Of a stretch of 64,000 nt of DNA, positions 51,625 to 64,000 are shown piece after piece. How positions within the stretch are numbered: position 1 is the stretch's first letter; each line of letters begins with the position of its first letter. The DNA is taken from positions 235,910,001 through 235,974,000 of the forward strand of contig OZ024741.1 of NCBI GenBank assembly GCA_964016885.1. Direction: 5' to 3'. The stretch is from Eledone cirrhosa (lineage: Eukaryota). Below the pieces are notes generated by a model, which was not told the origin of the DNA, searched no databases, and worked only from the letters and a program-made list of their open reading frames with translations. A program made the translations under genes and the position numbers.

Positions 51625-54065
51625 TTTTTACTTCCGTTTTTCCCCGCTTGCATGGGTTGGATGAGAACTTTTCAGCACAGCATATCTCCACTCACTGCTT
51701 TCTTTCGTCATTTCCTCTGTGAGTTTCAGCAATTTGAGATCAGTTCTCACCACTTCTGCCAAGTCTTTCTTGGTCTACTACTGGGATTTCCCATCATCCA
51801 TGCTCATCACATGCCCGTACCAATACAGTCTTCTCTCTTGCCCACCAATACAGATTCCTCTTAAACCCAGATTCTCCCTCAGTTCATCCAAGCTGTCTTT
51901 CTCTCACATTTACATTGCACATCCAATGAAACATGGTTGCTTCATTTCTCTCCAGTCTATGCATGTCCTCTGCAGTCACTGCTGATGTTTTACAAACATG
52001 CAGCATCGCACTTCGCACACAAGCATCATACAGTTTTCCTTTTCCACATAGGGGGAAACCTTTTGTTGTCAACATTGGGAGTATCTCTGTAAACCTCTTC
52101 CATCCTATCCTTATTCTCAGAGCACTCTCCTCCACTGCTAATTAAGTCACCTAGATAACAGAAGCTATCAACCACTTCTATGGATCCTGCCTATAATTGA
52201 AAAAGGCTTATGTTACTGATCCTCTTTCTCTCGGTTACCCTTGTGCATCTTCTATGAACAAAGTCTTCCCTCCCTGTTAGTCTACTTGCTATGCCACTAC
52301 ATCTCTTGTGTACCCAGGAATTACATTGTGTACATCATATAGAGTTTATGCCTACTCCTTTTCTACATATTGAACAGGGCCACTTTCCTAAGGGAATCAA
52401 GGTCTTATCTTCCTTCCTCCTTACTAGAACTTATTCTCTATTTTTTTTATGGATTCAGCTATAAGGACCAGATCATCTACATAAAGAAGTTCCTATGGAC
52501 AACCAGTCTTATACTCCTCTGTTATGGTCTGGAGAACTATGATGAATATTTGTGGGCTAAGAACTGAACCCTGATGAACTCCTACATGAACCTTCAATCC
52601 CTCACTAATCTCACTTCTTATTTTCACTTTACTTACAGCTCCTCTGTACATGGCTTTTAGTGCTCTCACAAGCCATTCTTCAACACCTAATTTCCTTAAG
52701 GACTATCAGATAATAGATCAAGGTATCTGTCAAAGGCCTTTTCTAGATCAACAAAAGCTAAATATATTAGGAACTTCTTTTGTAGTTGCCTCACTAAAAT
52801 GTAGTACTTTTCCCAGGCATCAAACCAACTGCATCTCGTCTATTTTGAGTCTTTCTCCAATTAGCTGTGCTATAACTCTTTCTGCCACTTTCATAACTTA
52901 GTCCATTAGTTTTATTCCTCTATAGTTGCTCCTTTCTAGAGTATCACTTTTGCCCTTGTAGCAATTTATGGTTGTACTTCTGCACCAGTCATTGGGTATG
53001 ACTCCATCCTGTATTACCTGATTGATTATGTAGGTTATTATTTTGACTCTTATTTCTCCTGATTCTTTTAGCAAATCAGCAACTATCTCTGACAGTCCCA
53101 CAGGTTTACCATTCTTCATCTCCTTATTTGCTTCTTTGACCCTACAACTGTCTACTTCAATAGCAGGTCCATTAGTAAGTTGGGTGTAGTCTTTCCTCCT
53201 CCCATTCATTCTCTGCATTCATCAGTCTCTCATAGTAACATTTCCAGGCCTCTTTCTTTTGAGCATCATTGGCGCTATATGCACCAGTATCATTTATCCC
53301 AACATCCCGATTCACACTGAGACACTACCTTGCGATACAGAACACTTCATATCTCATGCCACAAGACATTGGCAAACTTTCTTTTTTGCAGCCTCTTTTC
53401 AAACTGTGTAAACCTGTCATCTAGCTCCCAAACTTTCCATCTCCATGTTTTTCTGCTTATCTTGTTCTGTCTTGTGTTTAATCCGGTGTTACTAATAACT
53501 AACTTATAATTGGCGGCACATTCTTGTCCAGGAAAGGCCTTAGTATTTATTACAGTCCATTAATCTCGTCTTACAAGTGAGAAATCAATCTGGCTTGTGT
53601 GTTTGCCTGATTGGCATGTGATCAGATGGCTAGCTGATTTCCTGAAATTTGTGTTGCAAATGGTTCATTTGCATCAGAATTCCAGGAGTCTCACTCCCTC
53701 TTCATTCGTTGAGCCATAACCATATCCGCAGCTACCATGACCTTCACTGAATCCATCCTGATACTGACCAACATATCCATTGAAGTAGCCTGCCTAGATG
53801 ATGAAGTCTCTTTCATTAGTAGCTGAGGTTGAGAGTAAAAGTTCCTCATAGAACATGTCCTTTTGTTCTTTACTCAGTCTGCCTGTAGTGCTTAAGTAAA
53901 TGTAAGCTATTCTAAGCTTGATAATTCTGTCACTGACTCTAGCTACCTCTCTCATCTTATCTATCCATTTCTCAGAAAGCATAATGCCTACATCACCAGC
54001 CCTATCCTCATTTCCTGCCAGTAAACTTTGTATCTATGCTGTTTGCCTGTGAATAGTCTCACTTT
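51625..54065 (-). mobile_element. Near full-length decayed RTE LINE (APE + RT + PHD-like insertion)
   Basis: APE motifs RVSDRIIKLRI, KDMFYEEL, ICNTNFRK and SQIDF; RT motifs PNDWCRSTTINCYKGK..NYRGIKLMD, VGVHQGSVLSP, LLYVDDL and GKLYDACVRSAMLH; many stops and frameshifts. Confidence 0.92.
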
Positions 54066-54084
54066 GCAGTGGAATGATAGAGAC

Positions 54085-54240
54085 CCCAGTCCTTATCATC
54101 TCATTTCTACAGCTGAGTAAACTGGAGCAATGTGAAATAAAGTGTCTTGCTCAAGGAAACAACATATCACCCGGTCTGAGAATTGAACTCACAACCTTTC
54201 GATTGCAAGGCCAATGCTCTAACCACTAAGCCATGTGCCT
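54085..54240 (-). mobile_element. tRNA-derived SINE (family 2)
   Basis: Minus strand has A box TGGCTTAGTGG, B box GAGTTCAATTC and ccttgagcaagacacttt. Related, more diverged SINEs lie at about 47350-47470 (+), 48365-48490 (-) and 38425-38530 (-). Confidence 0.8.
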
Positions 54241-54324
54241 CCTATATATATATACACACATATACATATATATTTATATGTATATATATTTGTATGAATG
54301 TATGTGTATTTTTAGTTTTTAGTC

Positions 54325-55911
54325 GGGATGTCATCCTCCATTCAGTAAAGGAGGGGGCCCCGAAGCTTAACCTCTTTGCTTGGCAAGCCTACCAGGGGAG
54401 CCCTCCTACCAAACCTTCGGTGACCATCTTCTATCTGCCGCAGGGGTCCAACAGGATGACCCGCTTGAACCTGCACTTTTCGCTCTAGGCATTGAGGACG
54501 TCACCAAGTTGGGAGTTGACCTGGATCTGAATGTCTGGTATCTGGATGATGTTTGCTTGGCGGGGTCCTCTAGACAAGGTCCTTGCAACTGCAAAGACGA
54601 TGATTGAGGAGCTGGGTCATATTTACAGTTCCAAATGGAAGCTCTGGCTCCTCAACCACCCAGCTTCACATCAAGAGGCTGTTGACCTGTTCACAGAGTC
54701 TTTCCTCTTCATCGAAGTTCCTCCCCCATCAGCATAGTGCTCCCTTGGGGCCTCAGTTACTGACAAAGCCTTCGAGTCCATCTTTTAATCTAAGTTGGTT
54801 AACCTTAAGCAACTTTTAAAAAATCTCAGAGCCTCACCTAGGTTCTCCAATGCTACGACAATCTAATATTCAGTGAGCTTGAGGGTTTGGTCAATGTCCG
54901 ACTCCCTCCAGAGTCCCGCGACCAAGCTGCCTTACCCAAACGGTTTGGAGGTTTCGGTTTGCGTAAGTGTACTTCATTGTCCCTACCTTGCTTTCTTTCC
55001 TCCATCCATGCCTGCTCCCCTTTGGTAGGTGACATCCTCTCCTTCCCAACTTGGACTAGTTCCACCAGGGAGTTGGATGAAGCTTTACTACAGTGGAGAG
55101 AGCTGGGTTTGTTTGTCCCAGTTACTGATGAGTATAGAAGCAGAGAGTATGGGACAATCTGAGTTCGAGGGAAACTTCCAACTCTTTCTTTGATCTTTCC
55201 GATCAACTTTCTAGGTGCCGCTTACTTTCTGCTAGTGCAAAGTTCTCAGGGGACTGGATTGATACCTGCCCGTGGCCAACATTGGTGGCCTTCTCCGTCA
55301 GGATGAACTCCGCATCTCCATTGCACTTTGTGTGAGAACCGACGTCTGTGGGCGTCTGAGATGCCACTGTGGTAGGTCCCTCGACTCCACAGGTCTAAAT
55401 GGTTTGTCCTGCCGCCTGAATGCTGGTCGTTTTGCCCATCACACCGAGCTAAACCTGATCATCAAATGGGCCTTGGCTCAGGTTAATATCCCACAGTTCT
55501 GGAGCCGGCTGGTTTATTCAGAAGTGACGGGAAGAGACCAGATGGTCTTACCCTTTGTCCCTGGGTGAGAGGTAGGTGTCTCATCTGGGACGTCACAGTC
55601 AGTGACTCATTTGCCCCCTCCCACATCATGGACGGTGCGGTGAATGTGGGGATCACTGGTTCTGTTGCAGAACGGAATAAAATTCGAAAATACCAGGACT
55701 TATCAAACAATTATTTTTCCAACCTGTGGCTTTCAAGACGTTTGGTGGAGTTGGGCCGCTGACAGCGAAGTTCTTGTCTTCCCTGGCAGCTCGCTTTGCT
55801 GAGGTGTCAGGTGATGCCCATGAGGGTGCCTGGTTATTTCAGCACCTTAGCCTCGCCATTTCCCATGGTAATGCTGCGAGCGTGTTGGCTTGCCTGAAAG
55901 TGTGCAGTTAA
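54325..55911 (+). mobile_element. CRE-clade non-LTR retrotransposon (RT + Zn knuckle + restriction-like endonuclease), 5'-truncated, disrupted
   Basis: GVQQDDPLEPALFAL, NVWYLDDVCLAG, QAALPKRFGGFGLR, CHCG..GLSC, SDGKRPDGLTL.PW.RGRCLIWDVTV, KIRKY and LSLAISHGNAASVL. Confidence 0.88.
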
Positions 55912-57419
55912 CCCCCAAGGTGTGAGGTGTTACAGATTGTCACACTTGGTCGTGAATTCCCCCCCCCCCCCCCCTTTCCTTTATCATCTTTTTTTCATGA
56001 ATTTATGTTATTGTGTTATTATACACGGTTAAAACATATTTGTCTTTCTGAACGAATTGCAAGCAATTTTTGTCGTCATTTACACATTTGTTATGTTATT
56101 TATAATGTTATTTATGTTATTTATGTATATATTTAAAACATATTTACAACGTTCTTCTACTGTAACAAAAGTTTTCCCTTGTTTGCAACTTGTGCAATAA
56201 TTCTCTATTTTAATGATACTTTGAAAAGTCATCTTTCCTCAACTCTACAAGTTATAAGTTTGAATATTTTCGGAATATTAATCTATCAATTCTAGTTGAA
56301 TCGTTAATTAAACTTCAGCAAATAACGGAGTAACATGTTAGCTTGTACTCTTTGAGAAATGCTTAGCTACCCTTTAAAACTGTTACTTCGTTTGAATATT
56401 CGTTTATCTTAACCGTTAGTTCACTCATTCATCTCAGTCCTCTCCCCCACCGCAATAACGCCTTCATTCACTCGCCTACCCGCAAGCTACCCTTGTTCGC
56501 AGACAAACATGTATTCCTGTCTTAGCTTAGTAGCAGGCTAACACCCTTCCCCATCTCCACAACTTCTATAGTCACTTGTCTGCCCTACTTATTGATACAC
56601 ACAACTAGTCCTTTATCTTTCTCCCTTTTCCACAACTTCACAAGCCTGAAAACACACACTATGCACGCACTTCTCATGTCATCAGTGCGTGTGTGTTTAT
56701 ATATATATAAAATGTATGCACACACACATTCTACTGTTAATCGTCTTGACACAATTATCTCCCTTGGTGCTGTTTCCTGCACAAGGTGTTCGTTTTAATT
56801 GTATTTTATTAATTTGCTTTCGGATGTCCTATCACTAACCGAACACACAACTCCTTCTTTCTGCTACGTCCCCCCCCCCCTTATCATTCATATAGTAGAG
56901 ATTGAAACACGCACATTTACATATATGTAGGTAAATTTGTCCAGTGTGCAGTGTTAAAAATGAAACTAAATAATAATGGTGAATGTAAAAAAAGTAACTT
57001 GGCTTCCTTGAATTACCGAAACGAAACTGCTTCGTTTTAGTGTGGTTTAAGTGGTGATTTTTTTTTCGTTTTGTTTTTATGATGCACGTACTTTTAAGAT
57101 GAAATTGTTTTTAAATAAATATGAAGCATTAGGTATATTTTGTTTGCAGGGATGAAACTTTATAGGTAAAAAGGAAATTGGACGTGGCGTAAAAATAATC
57201 CAGTTTACAATTTTCATTCTTGCAAACAAAACATACTTAATGCTACCTTTTGAATACATATAATGAATAATATAATAATCGTGGTTATGAACTTCTTTAA
57301 TTATTTACTGGCATTGGCACACCGATATTTAGCTACAAAAATTGCGAGCTATAATAAAAGAAATTCTCACAGTAAAGTGACTTGGAGTTGAGTAGTAACG
57401 CTATGAAATAAAAATTGAA

Positions 57420-59230
57420 AGGGAAGTTGAAGGGTACCGCAGCAGCATTTGTGAGGCTCACAGACCCAGTGGTTGAACCTCAAGGAAATATCGATACACA
57501 AGCAGCCACTGAGTGCCAGTCGCAATTGATGGAACTGCGTGGAGCAAAGCACAACTGTAGGGTTGTGAGGCTGAGCGGAAACATGTCAGACAGTACTGGT
57601 CGAGCCGGCGCACCAGCAAACTTGAATTCATATTGCAAAGGATAGTGTCGCATTTGTTTTGGGGAAACTGGACATCTACGAGGGGGAGAGGCGGATGGGC
57701 GTTCACAGGGCGGTGCTCAAGCTGGTTCCATTTAGCATAGGCTGCCTCGCGGTCCTCAATCACAAAAGGTTCAGTTGTACTGTGGAGAGCCCTGTTGATG
57801 AGGACTTGGCAAGAGGTCACCGACAAAAGGAAAGCAGGCAGAGCCAGTGAGGCAGAAGACCGAGGCTGCTATAATTGACGGGTAAGGTAGCCTGCTGCTA
57901 TCAAACTGGATGTTGCATATCTCCTCGGCAGCCCGTCGGATGCAGACATCAAGATCTGTGAGGAGAGATGCTTGGCTGCAGCAGGGGGAGGGCTAAAGAA
58001 GGTGTATAAGAGCTTTAGTATGGCAAAGCAGTTTGTCAACAGAAAGAGTGTTGAGTAGGCATCAATCAGGCTCAGTCTACTTGTCAGGGTTTCCAGCTGG
58101 CGTGGTCTGAAACTGAGGGTAGAACGAATGGCAGGTAGGAGGATTGGCAAACCGAGGATAAGGACGTATACTTTAGGGGTCACCTGCACCTGATGGAGTG
58201 ATGATCTCATGCCTGTGATGGAGGCCGCAAAACTCTCAGTTATAATTGATGTTCAGGACGAGTTGATCTCGAGGCCAATCCTTATTTGAGCGGGAACCAC
58301 TGATTGGAGATCCTGACAGACACTCTCTGCAGGCCCGCATATCGTCGTATTATCCAGGTACCAGACATTGAGAGGAGCGGTGATGCACCAAGCAATGCTG
58401 TTCACCCCGAGAGCGAAAAGGAGGGGCCCAATGGATTGCCCTGTTGGACACCAGTTGAGAATATGATCTGGTCCACAGTGAGGAGTATGCTCAGGGACAC
58501 GTATGACAGGTAGGTCAGTAGGTAGGTGGACGGGACATGGCTGAGGTAAGCCTTTAGCAAGTTGAAGGCGTTTCTCATGTCAAGCTTAATGATGAGATGC
58601 CTGGGGTGACTCAGCACCGGCTCGAGAGGACAGTTGTTGATGAACTGTCTAGTGACATGGGCGGCTCCCTCGCACCCTCTGGTCACACCGACCCCCAGCT
58701 GCACCAGACCGAGTTCCTTGCCTAGCTCAGGTGCAACAAACTTGCAGAGGATCCAGGCTGTGAGCCTCCGGAAGACAATTCCTACTGGGATGCGGCATAT
58801 TCCACCGTTTTTCTTCCTGAGAACGATGAGGCGGGCCGAAAAGAAGAGGCCTCGGAAATAAGGGTCCAGGGTACCGCGAATGAACCTGTTGGTGAGGGGC
58901 CACAATGCGCTCACCAGATCCGACCCGGCTTCGGCACTGTGGGAGGGACACCAAGACTCTGAGGTGGCCGGGTCGGAACCATCGGCGCCTCTGCTGCTGC
59001 TGGTTGGGAAAAAACCTCAGAGCAGAGATGATGTCCATAACGGAGGCCACTTAAAGTGTTTGGGAGTCAGGTGAGTGTATGCGTTTGAAATCTGCAGGTG
59101 GCTCGCGATGTTTGAGCTGGAGAATAGCCAAGACCTCCTCGGTGGGTGTGAGGGCGGTGTCGTCAGAGGTGACTAATCTGACGGCAGCCAAGACACCACC
59201 CTCTATAAATTTAGCGTTTACGCTTTGCGC
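57420..59230 (-). mobile_element. Second CRE-clade retrotransposon copy, disrupted
   Basis: ARLIVLRKKNGGICRIPVGIVFRRL, QLGVGVTRGCEGAAH, KLDMRNAFN, GVQQGNPLGP, VWYLDN and VCEPHKCCCG. Confidence 0.88.
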
Positions 59231-59729
59231 TGGCTGCTCACACTGGGTATGGGTATATGCCCAAAAGTAATATCAGTTTAAAAGCATGTGTACTACAAAC
59301 CCCCACAAAAAAACCTCATAATGTATAGAGTTAATTTAGAAGTATCCATAATGGCGAAGTTTCATTAGTTTTATTTTTAATTACTCACGTAACAGACAAG
59401 ATTACCACATACACACGCACATATATATATTCGATTGACTTAAGATACATTCGGTAAATCAGAAATTTTGTCGGTTTAATATAACATTAGTCGATCACTA
59501 TAAATAATTGAAAATATCGGGCTAAGCTTATGGGTGAGAGTGTACTGGAACTAAATTAAAAGAATTCGTATTTCAGGGGAGATAACCATCAAGATAGTCG
59601 ATGGGGAGGTGCCAAGAAAAAAATATACTGACCCTTTTTTTGGAGGGAGGGTAACCCCCCCCCCCGCAACCGTTGAAATAATTTTGAAATGTACACACGT
59701 GTATATATTAATATATATATATACGCACC

Positions 59730-60012
59730 CTTAATAGTTATAATTGTTTCTACTTTAGGCACAAGGCCAGCAATTAATCAGTGCATTACTGGTACTTTAT
59801 GTTATCGACCCCGTAAGGTTGAAAGGCAAAGTCAACCTCGGCGGGATTTGAACTCAGATCGTAAAGGGACGTAACTATGCTGTATCTACCGATACTTAAT
59901 AGTTATAATTGTTTCTACGTTAGGCACAAGGCCAGCAATTACACAGTGCATTAGTGGTATTTTATTTTATCGACCCCGTAAGGATGAAAGGCCAAGTCAA
60001 CCTCGGCGGGAT
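59730..60012 (-). mobile_element. Two tandem SINE family 1 copies
   Basis: Both begin on the + strand with cttaatagttataattgtttctac (59730 and 59895) and carry the core. Confidence 0.85.
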
Positions 60013-61602
60013 TATTGGCAAAATAGTGCTTTTTTTTTTCGGAACACCCTGTGAATGAAAGTGACATTTTCTCCGTGTTATTTAAATATTCGTTACAAAT
60101 AATAAAAGGATCTAATATTTGTAAATACTTGTTTAAATGCATCATTGGGAAATAATAACGGAATATAAACTCGATTAAATAAGAGTCTAATCGTTAGACA
60201 TCACACTAATCTACTTTCCATTTTGATGCACAATTGTACATGATTTGTAGATCCATCTGTAACTGAACGAACGAAATGTAGTGAATGACTGACTGGCTAT
60301 CAGTTGGTCGAGGTGGTCTGCAATGCACACCTAAGTGTTGCAGCATCCAGAAAACACTTAAAACTAACTTCAACATCACCACTACAGATTTTTCCCTAAA
60401 CATTCCAGATTATCCCTGTCTAATGAAAGCTCTATTAAATTCAACGGTAACATCGGTATCAGCAATTTAAACTGGATTTTGAAAAAAATACTTTGTGCAG
60501 TAGTTCTTCCACTTTACTATAGCTTTTGATTAGTTTACATCGCTGGTCATTTCATTTCATACACCTAATAATACATGAAATCGATAACTAGCACAAGAGA
60601 AAGTTTGCATTGGGGGAAATGTGTTTGCGATGGCAATATCTTTCGACATACTATTTTAACACATCAGTAGGTATCCAACTACAACCAGGACAAAGCCCAT
60701 AATTTTGAGGAAAAATTTATAACTTCGGTAGTAAACACTCATGCTTAGTTCACAACTATGATTGCAATCGCCAAATATTTGTTGGATTCGACCAACGTTT
60801 TACTGGCTACTTCGCAGTATCTAGCAGGGATGAATGTTAACTATCAACTTCTAACTTTTATTATCGTAAACTTTCGTTCCGTGAGAATTCCAATTTCTAA
60901 TCAATACACCGGAACTAAGAGAAGAGAGTTCCTATTGCAGGGGAGATAAGAAGCTAGGCGAATCCCAAAAGCTCCCCTTTATAAAGATTTTATTTAAAAA
61001 AAAAAAAGAAGCAAAACAAAACTATTTCTGCAATAATCTTTATTTAAAAACAAAGCGAACCGTTTGATATTATAAAAAGAAAACAGTATGGAATAAGTTT
61101 TAATTCTTTAACTTAGCACGCCTCGAAATATACACGCAAACGTGTATAATACACATACACACATATACATATATATATGAATATATATATATATACGCTT
61201 GCGTGTATAGAAATATATATACACATATGTAATACTATTGTCGTATTGACAAAACATATAGCGAGAATAGAAAAAAAGGAAAAGAAATTTAAAAAAAGAG
61301 GTTGACAATAACAACCACATGAACGATGATGACGGCGGCGGCAATAATAACAATAATGAATAAATAAATAAATAAAGAGAGAAAAATAAGAAATAAATGA
61401 ATTCGAAAGGAAGCGAGGATCGAACCTGGTTTTCGGCAAAGAAAAGAAAACCCAAGGTGGTTGTTTAAATACTGTCACCCGGTAGGCTTTTCTTTGTGGG
61501 TGTGTAAAGTAAATCGAAGAGAAGAGGGTGAAGACAGACGGAAAGGAACAACGGTGAGAGACATTTGGTGGCTTTTTCCCCCCGTTCACTGTCTGGGGGA
61601 AT

Positions 61603-61617
61603 ATGGACTTTCTCAAG
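61603..61617 (+). CDS. Candidate first coding exon (MDFLK) of a gene continuing downstream
   Basis: Good Kozak context aatATGG, strong donor AAG|GTAAGA at 61617/61618, and CpG-enriched upstream sequence at about 61110-61590. Confidence 0.4.
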
Positions 61618-61778
61618 GTAAGATCTTTAGGGATTACTTCTTTCAAGATATCCTCCTTCATATATTGAATCCGTCCATTTCTTGTGAATCTTTTATCTAC
61701 ACTGCAAATGGATGATCTCGTACTGATGCCTTAATTTTCAGACAACGTGTACGTGTATACACATACATATAAAAAGAT

Positions 61779-62262
61779 TATATATATATATATATCATAT
61801 ATATATATATATATATGTAGATCATATATATATATATATATATATGTAGATCATATATATATATATGTACATCATATATATATATATATATATAGATCAT
61901 ATATATATATGTAGATCATATATATATATATATATAATGTACATATATATATATATATATAATGTACATATATATATATGTAGATCATATATATATATAT
62001 ATATATATGTACATTATATTTATATATATATATACATGTGTATGTAGAGATCATATATATATATACATGTGTGTATGTAGAGATCATATATATATACATG
62101 TGTGTAGAGATCATATATATATATATATATATGATATATCTAGAGATCGTATATATATATACACATATATATCATGTGTGTAGAGATTATATACCCCCGT
62201 ATAATATACGATCATATATATATAAATGATCATATATTATGCGTGTATAATATATACACATA

Positions 62263-62303
<41 letters not shown>

Positions 62304-62335
62304 TATGTGTGTGTGTGTGTATATATATATATATT
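61779..62335. repeat. (TA)n microsatellite punctuated by GTAGATCA/GTAGAGATCA units
   Basis: Directly visible. Confidence 0.93.
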
Positions 62336-62694
62336 GATATACACCCTACAGTGTATTTTGATTCATTTTGTGGTGTTGAGTAGAGGGCGGGAGAACAACA
62401 GGGTTCAATCGCTATGGCAAGCTATATAAACATTTTATAGTTCGTGTTGTCGTGATTCTAGCCACCGGGTGGAAAACGTGTGGAACTAATACCTATTCCA
62501 AACCACGCATCAAACACTAAAAGCATGTTGATTTGATTTATTTTCTGGCGGTTTGTAAACAATTATAAATTAGATTTATTATTTCTAAAATAAAACAGTT
62601 CAGTGTATCGATCGGTAGTAACCGACTGTCTTGATAAATGTCTTCAAACTAACACATTCTTATCTTTATATAATGCATACAGTTATGTGTACAC

Positions 62695-62734
<40 letters not shown>

Positions 62735-62820
62735 TTAAACGATAATTAGTGATAAGGGTCCGTTGTAACAAGGACGAGATGAAGATGGAGGAAGAACGGA
62801 TACAGACATGTTAGGCTTTG

Positions 62821-62866
<46 letters not shown>

Positions 62867-64000
62867 GTTTCTACTTTTGGCACATATATATAATGAGCAC
62901 CTAAAGGAGTTAAACGTGTTGGTAATGCACCGATAAGCCAAACTTTATATAGATATTCTCAAATTCCACATTCTGTTGATTGCACTTTACTTTAGTTTGT
63001 ATGCACACTTGTGTATTGTTCATTATTTCTTCCTCTAAACCTTTAGCTCGTATTAAAATCTTTTTATTCATTAGATTAAAACAGTTGATATATTTATACG
63101 AATTAAAATAATACAATGATTGTTGGTAAAAGAATGACTTTGTAGTAATTTATTTCTCAGTCCTAATGTGTCTCACTAGTTGGTGGGAGTCTGTTTACAT
63201 TGCTTCAACGGATACGATCCAAGTTTGAATAAGATCACTGAGACTGCTTAAAGCAAACAAAAAAATACATACATGTATGTGTGTATATAAATATGTTTGT
63301 TGTGTTTACATCCGCACAAATTCCGACATTATATAAACTACATATCAATATAAAATTCTGTAACTAGATTATTCTATAATTATATTTATAAATCTATCTG
63401 TTTATCAAGGTAGTAGACGTCTATGTATGAAATGTATCTTTCTGCACCTTCAGTAATAAATGGGGAAATGGATAGTTAGACTGATTATGTAGACAAGGGA
63501 AATACATTCACAAAATTATATTAATTATTAGCAGTACCACTAGACACACAGCTGTACATGTAAGATATACACGATTCCTAACAAAGCACGTTCAATCTTG
63601 AAAGTGAAGATGAAATTGTTTAATCACAACCCTTTGTATAGACAGATTCAGTGCAAAATAGAAACCTGGGTATCTTATTGAAATCTATTTTCAGACAGCA
63701 CTTAACGAACCCTTAAGAGATGTACATGTATCTGTGTGTATGTAAGTTAGTACTCAATATTGTTAGAGGAAGTGGAATCCTTTCCTGGGGATCGGCAAAA
63801 CCAAGTAACAATTCAACTTTATATCTCTCTATATATAGATTAGTTAGATTGAGTTCTAATATCACGAAATCCTTTTGTAAGACTGCTGGACATTATATTC
63901 ATACGTACAATAAAAAAATTGTGCTAAGTTATTTGATGTTACAGATGTAAGCCAACTGCCTCATTTAAGACAGAACGGTCTTTGTGATGTGAAATTTAAT

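Noticed and set aside
54160-54240. Functional tRNA gene
   Set aside because: A and B boxes are present, but the sequence runs into a SINE body without an acceptor stem. It is a SINE head.
60206-60403. Minus-strand ORF with a signal-peptide-like stretch
   Set aside because: It is short, has no recognisable motif or cleavage-site pattern, and has no clear exon structure.

Overview
This is eukaryotic, AT-rich, repeat-dense animal DNA. The landscape (giant (TA)n tracts, tRNA-derived SINEs, RTE and CRE non-LTR retrotransposons, single-coding-exon C2H2 zinc-finger gene) fits an octopus or other coleoid cephalopod; this is inference, not a database match. Only one intact protein-coding gene is clear: a 465-aa zinc-finger gene (25848-27245, +) with nine C2H2 fingers, two vestigial fingers and three uORFs. 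A second gene may begin with a short first coding exon at 61603-61617. The rest is decayed mobile DNA and tandem repeats: RTE LINEs (one family with a PHD-type finger inside the RT), CRE-clade elements, two non-autonomous Helitrons, piggyBac-, hAT- and mariner-type elements, a foldback element, many SINEs, and a 5.3-kb 25-bp minisatellite with higher-order structure. There is no CRISPR array or prokaryotic system, and I cannot demonstrate a new biological system. The best leads are several near-perfect short-loop palindromes (including a perfect 37-bp stem), inverted TE pairs that could form dsRNA, the minisatellite, and the zinc-finger architecture. Coordinates were counted by eye, and repeat boundaries are approximate.
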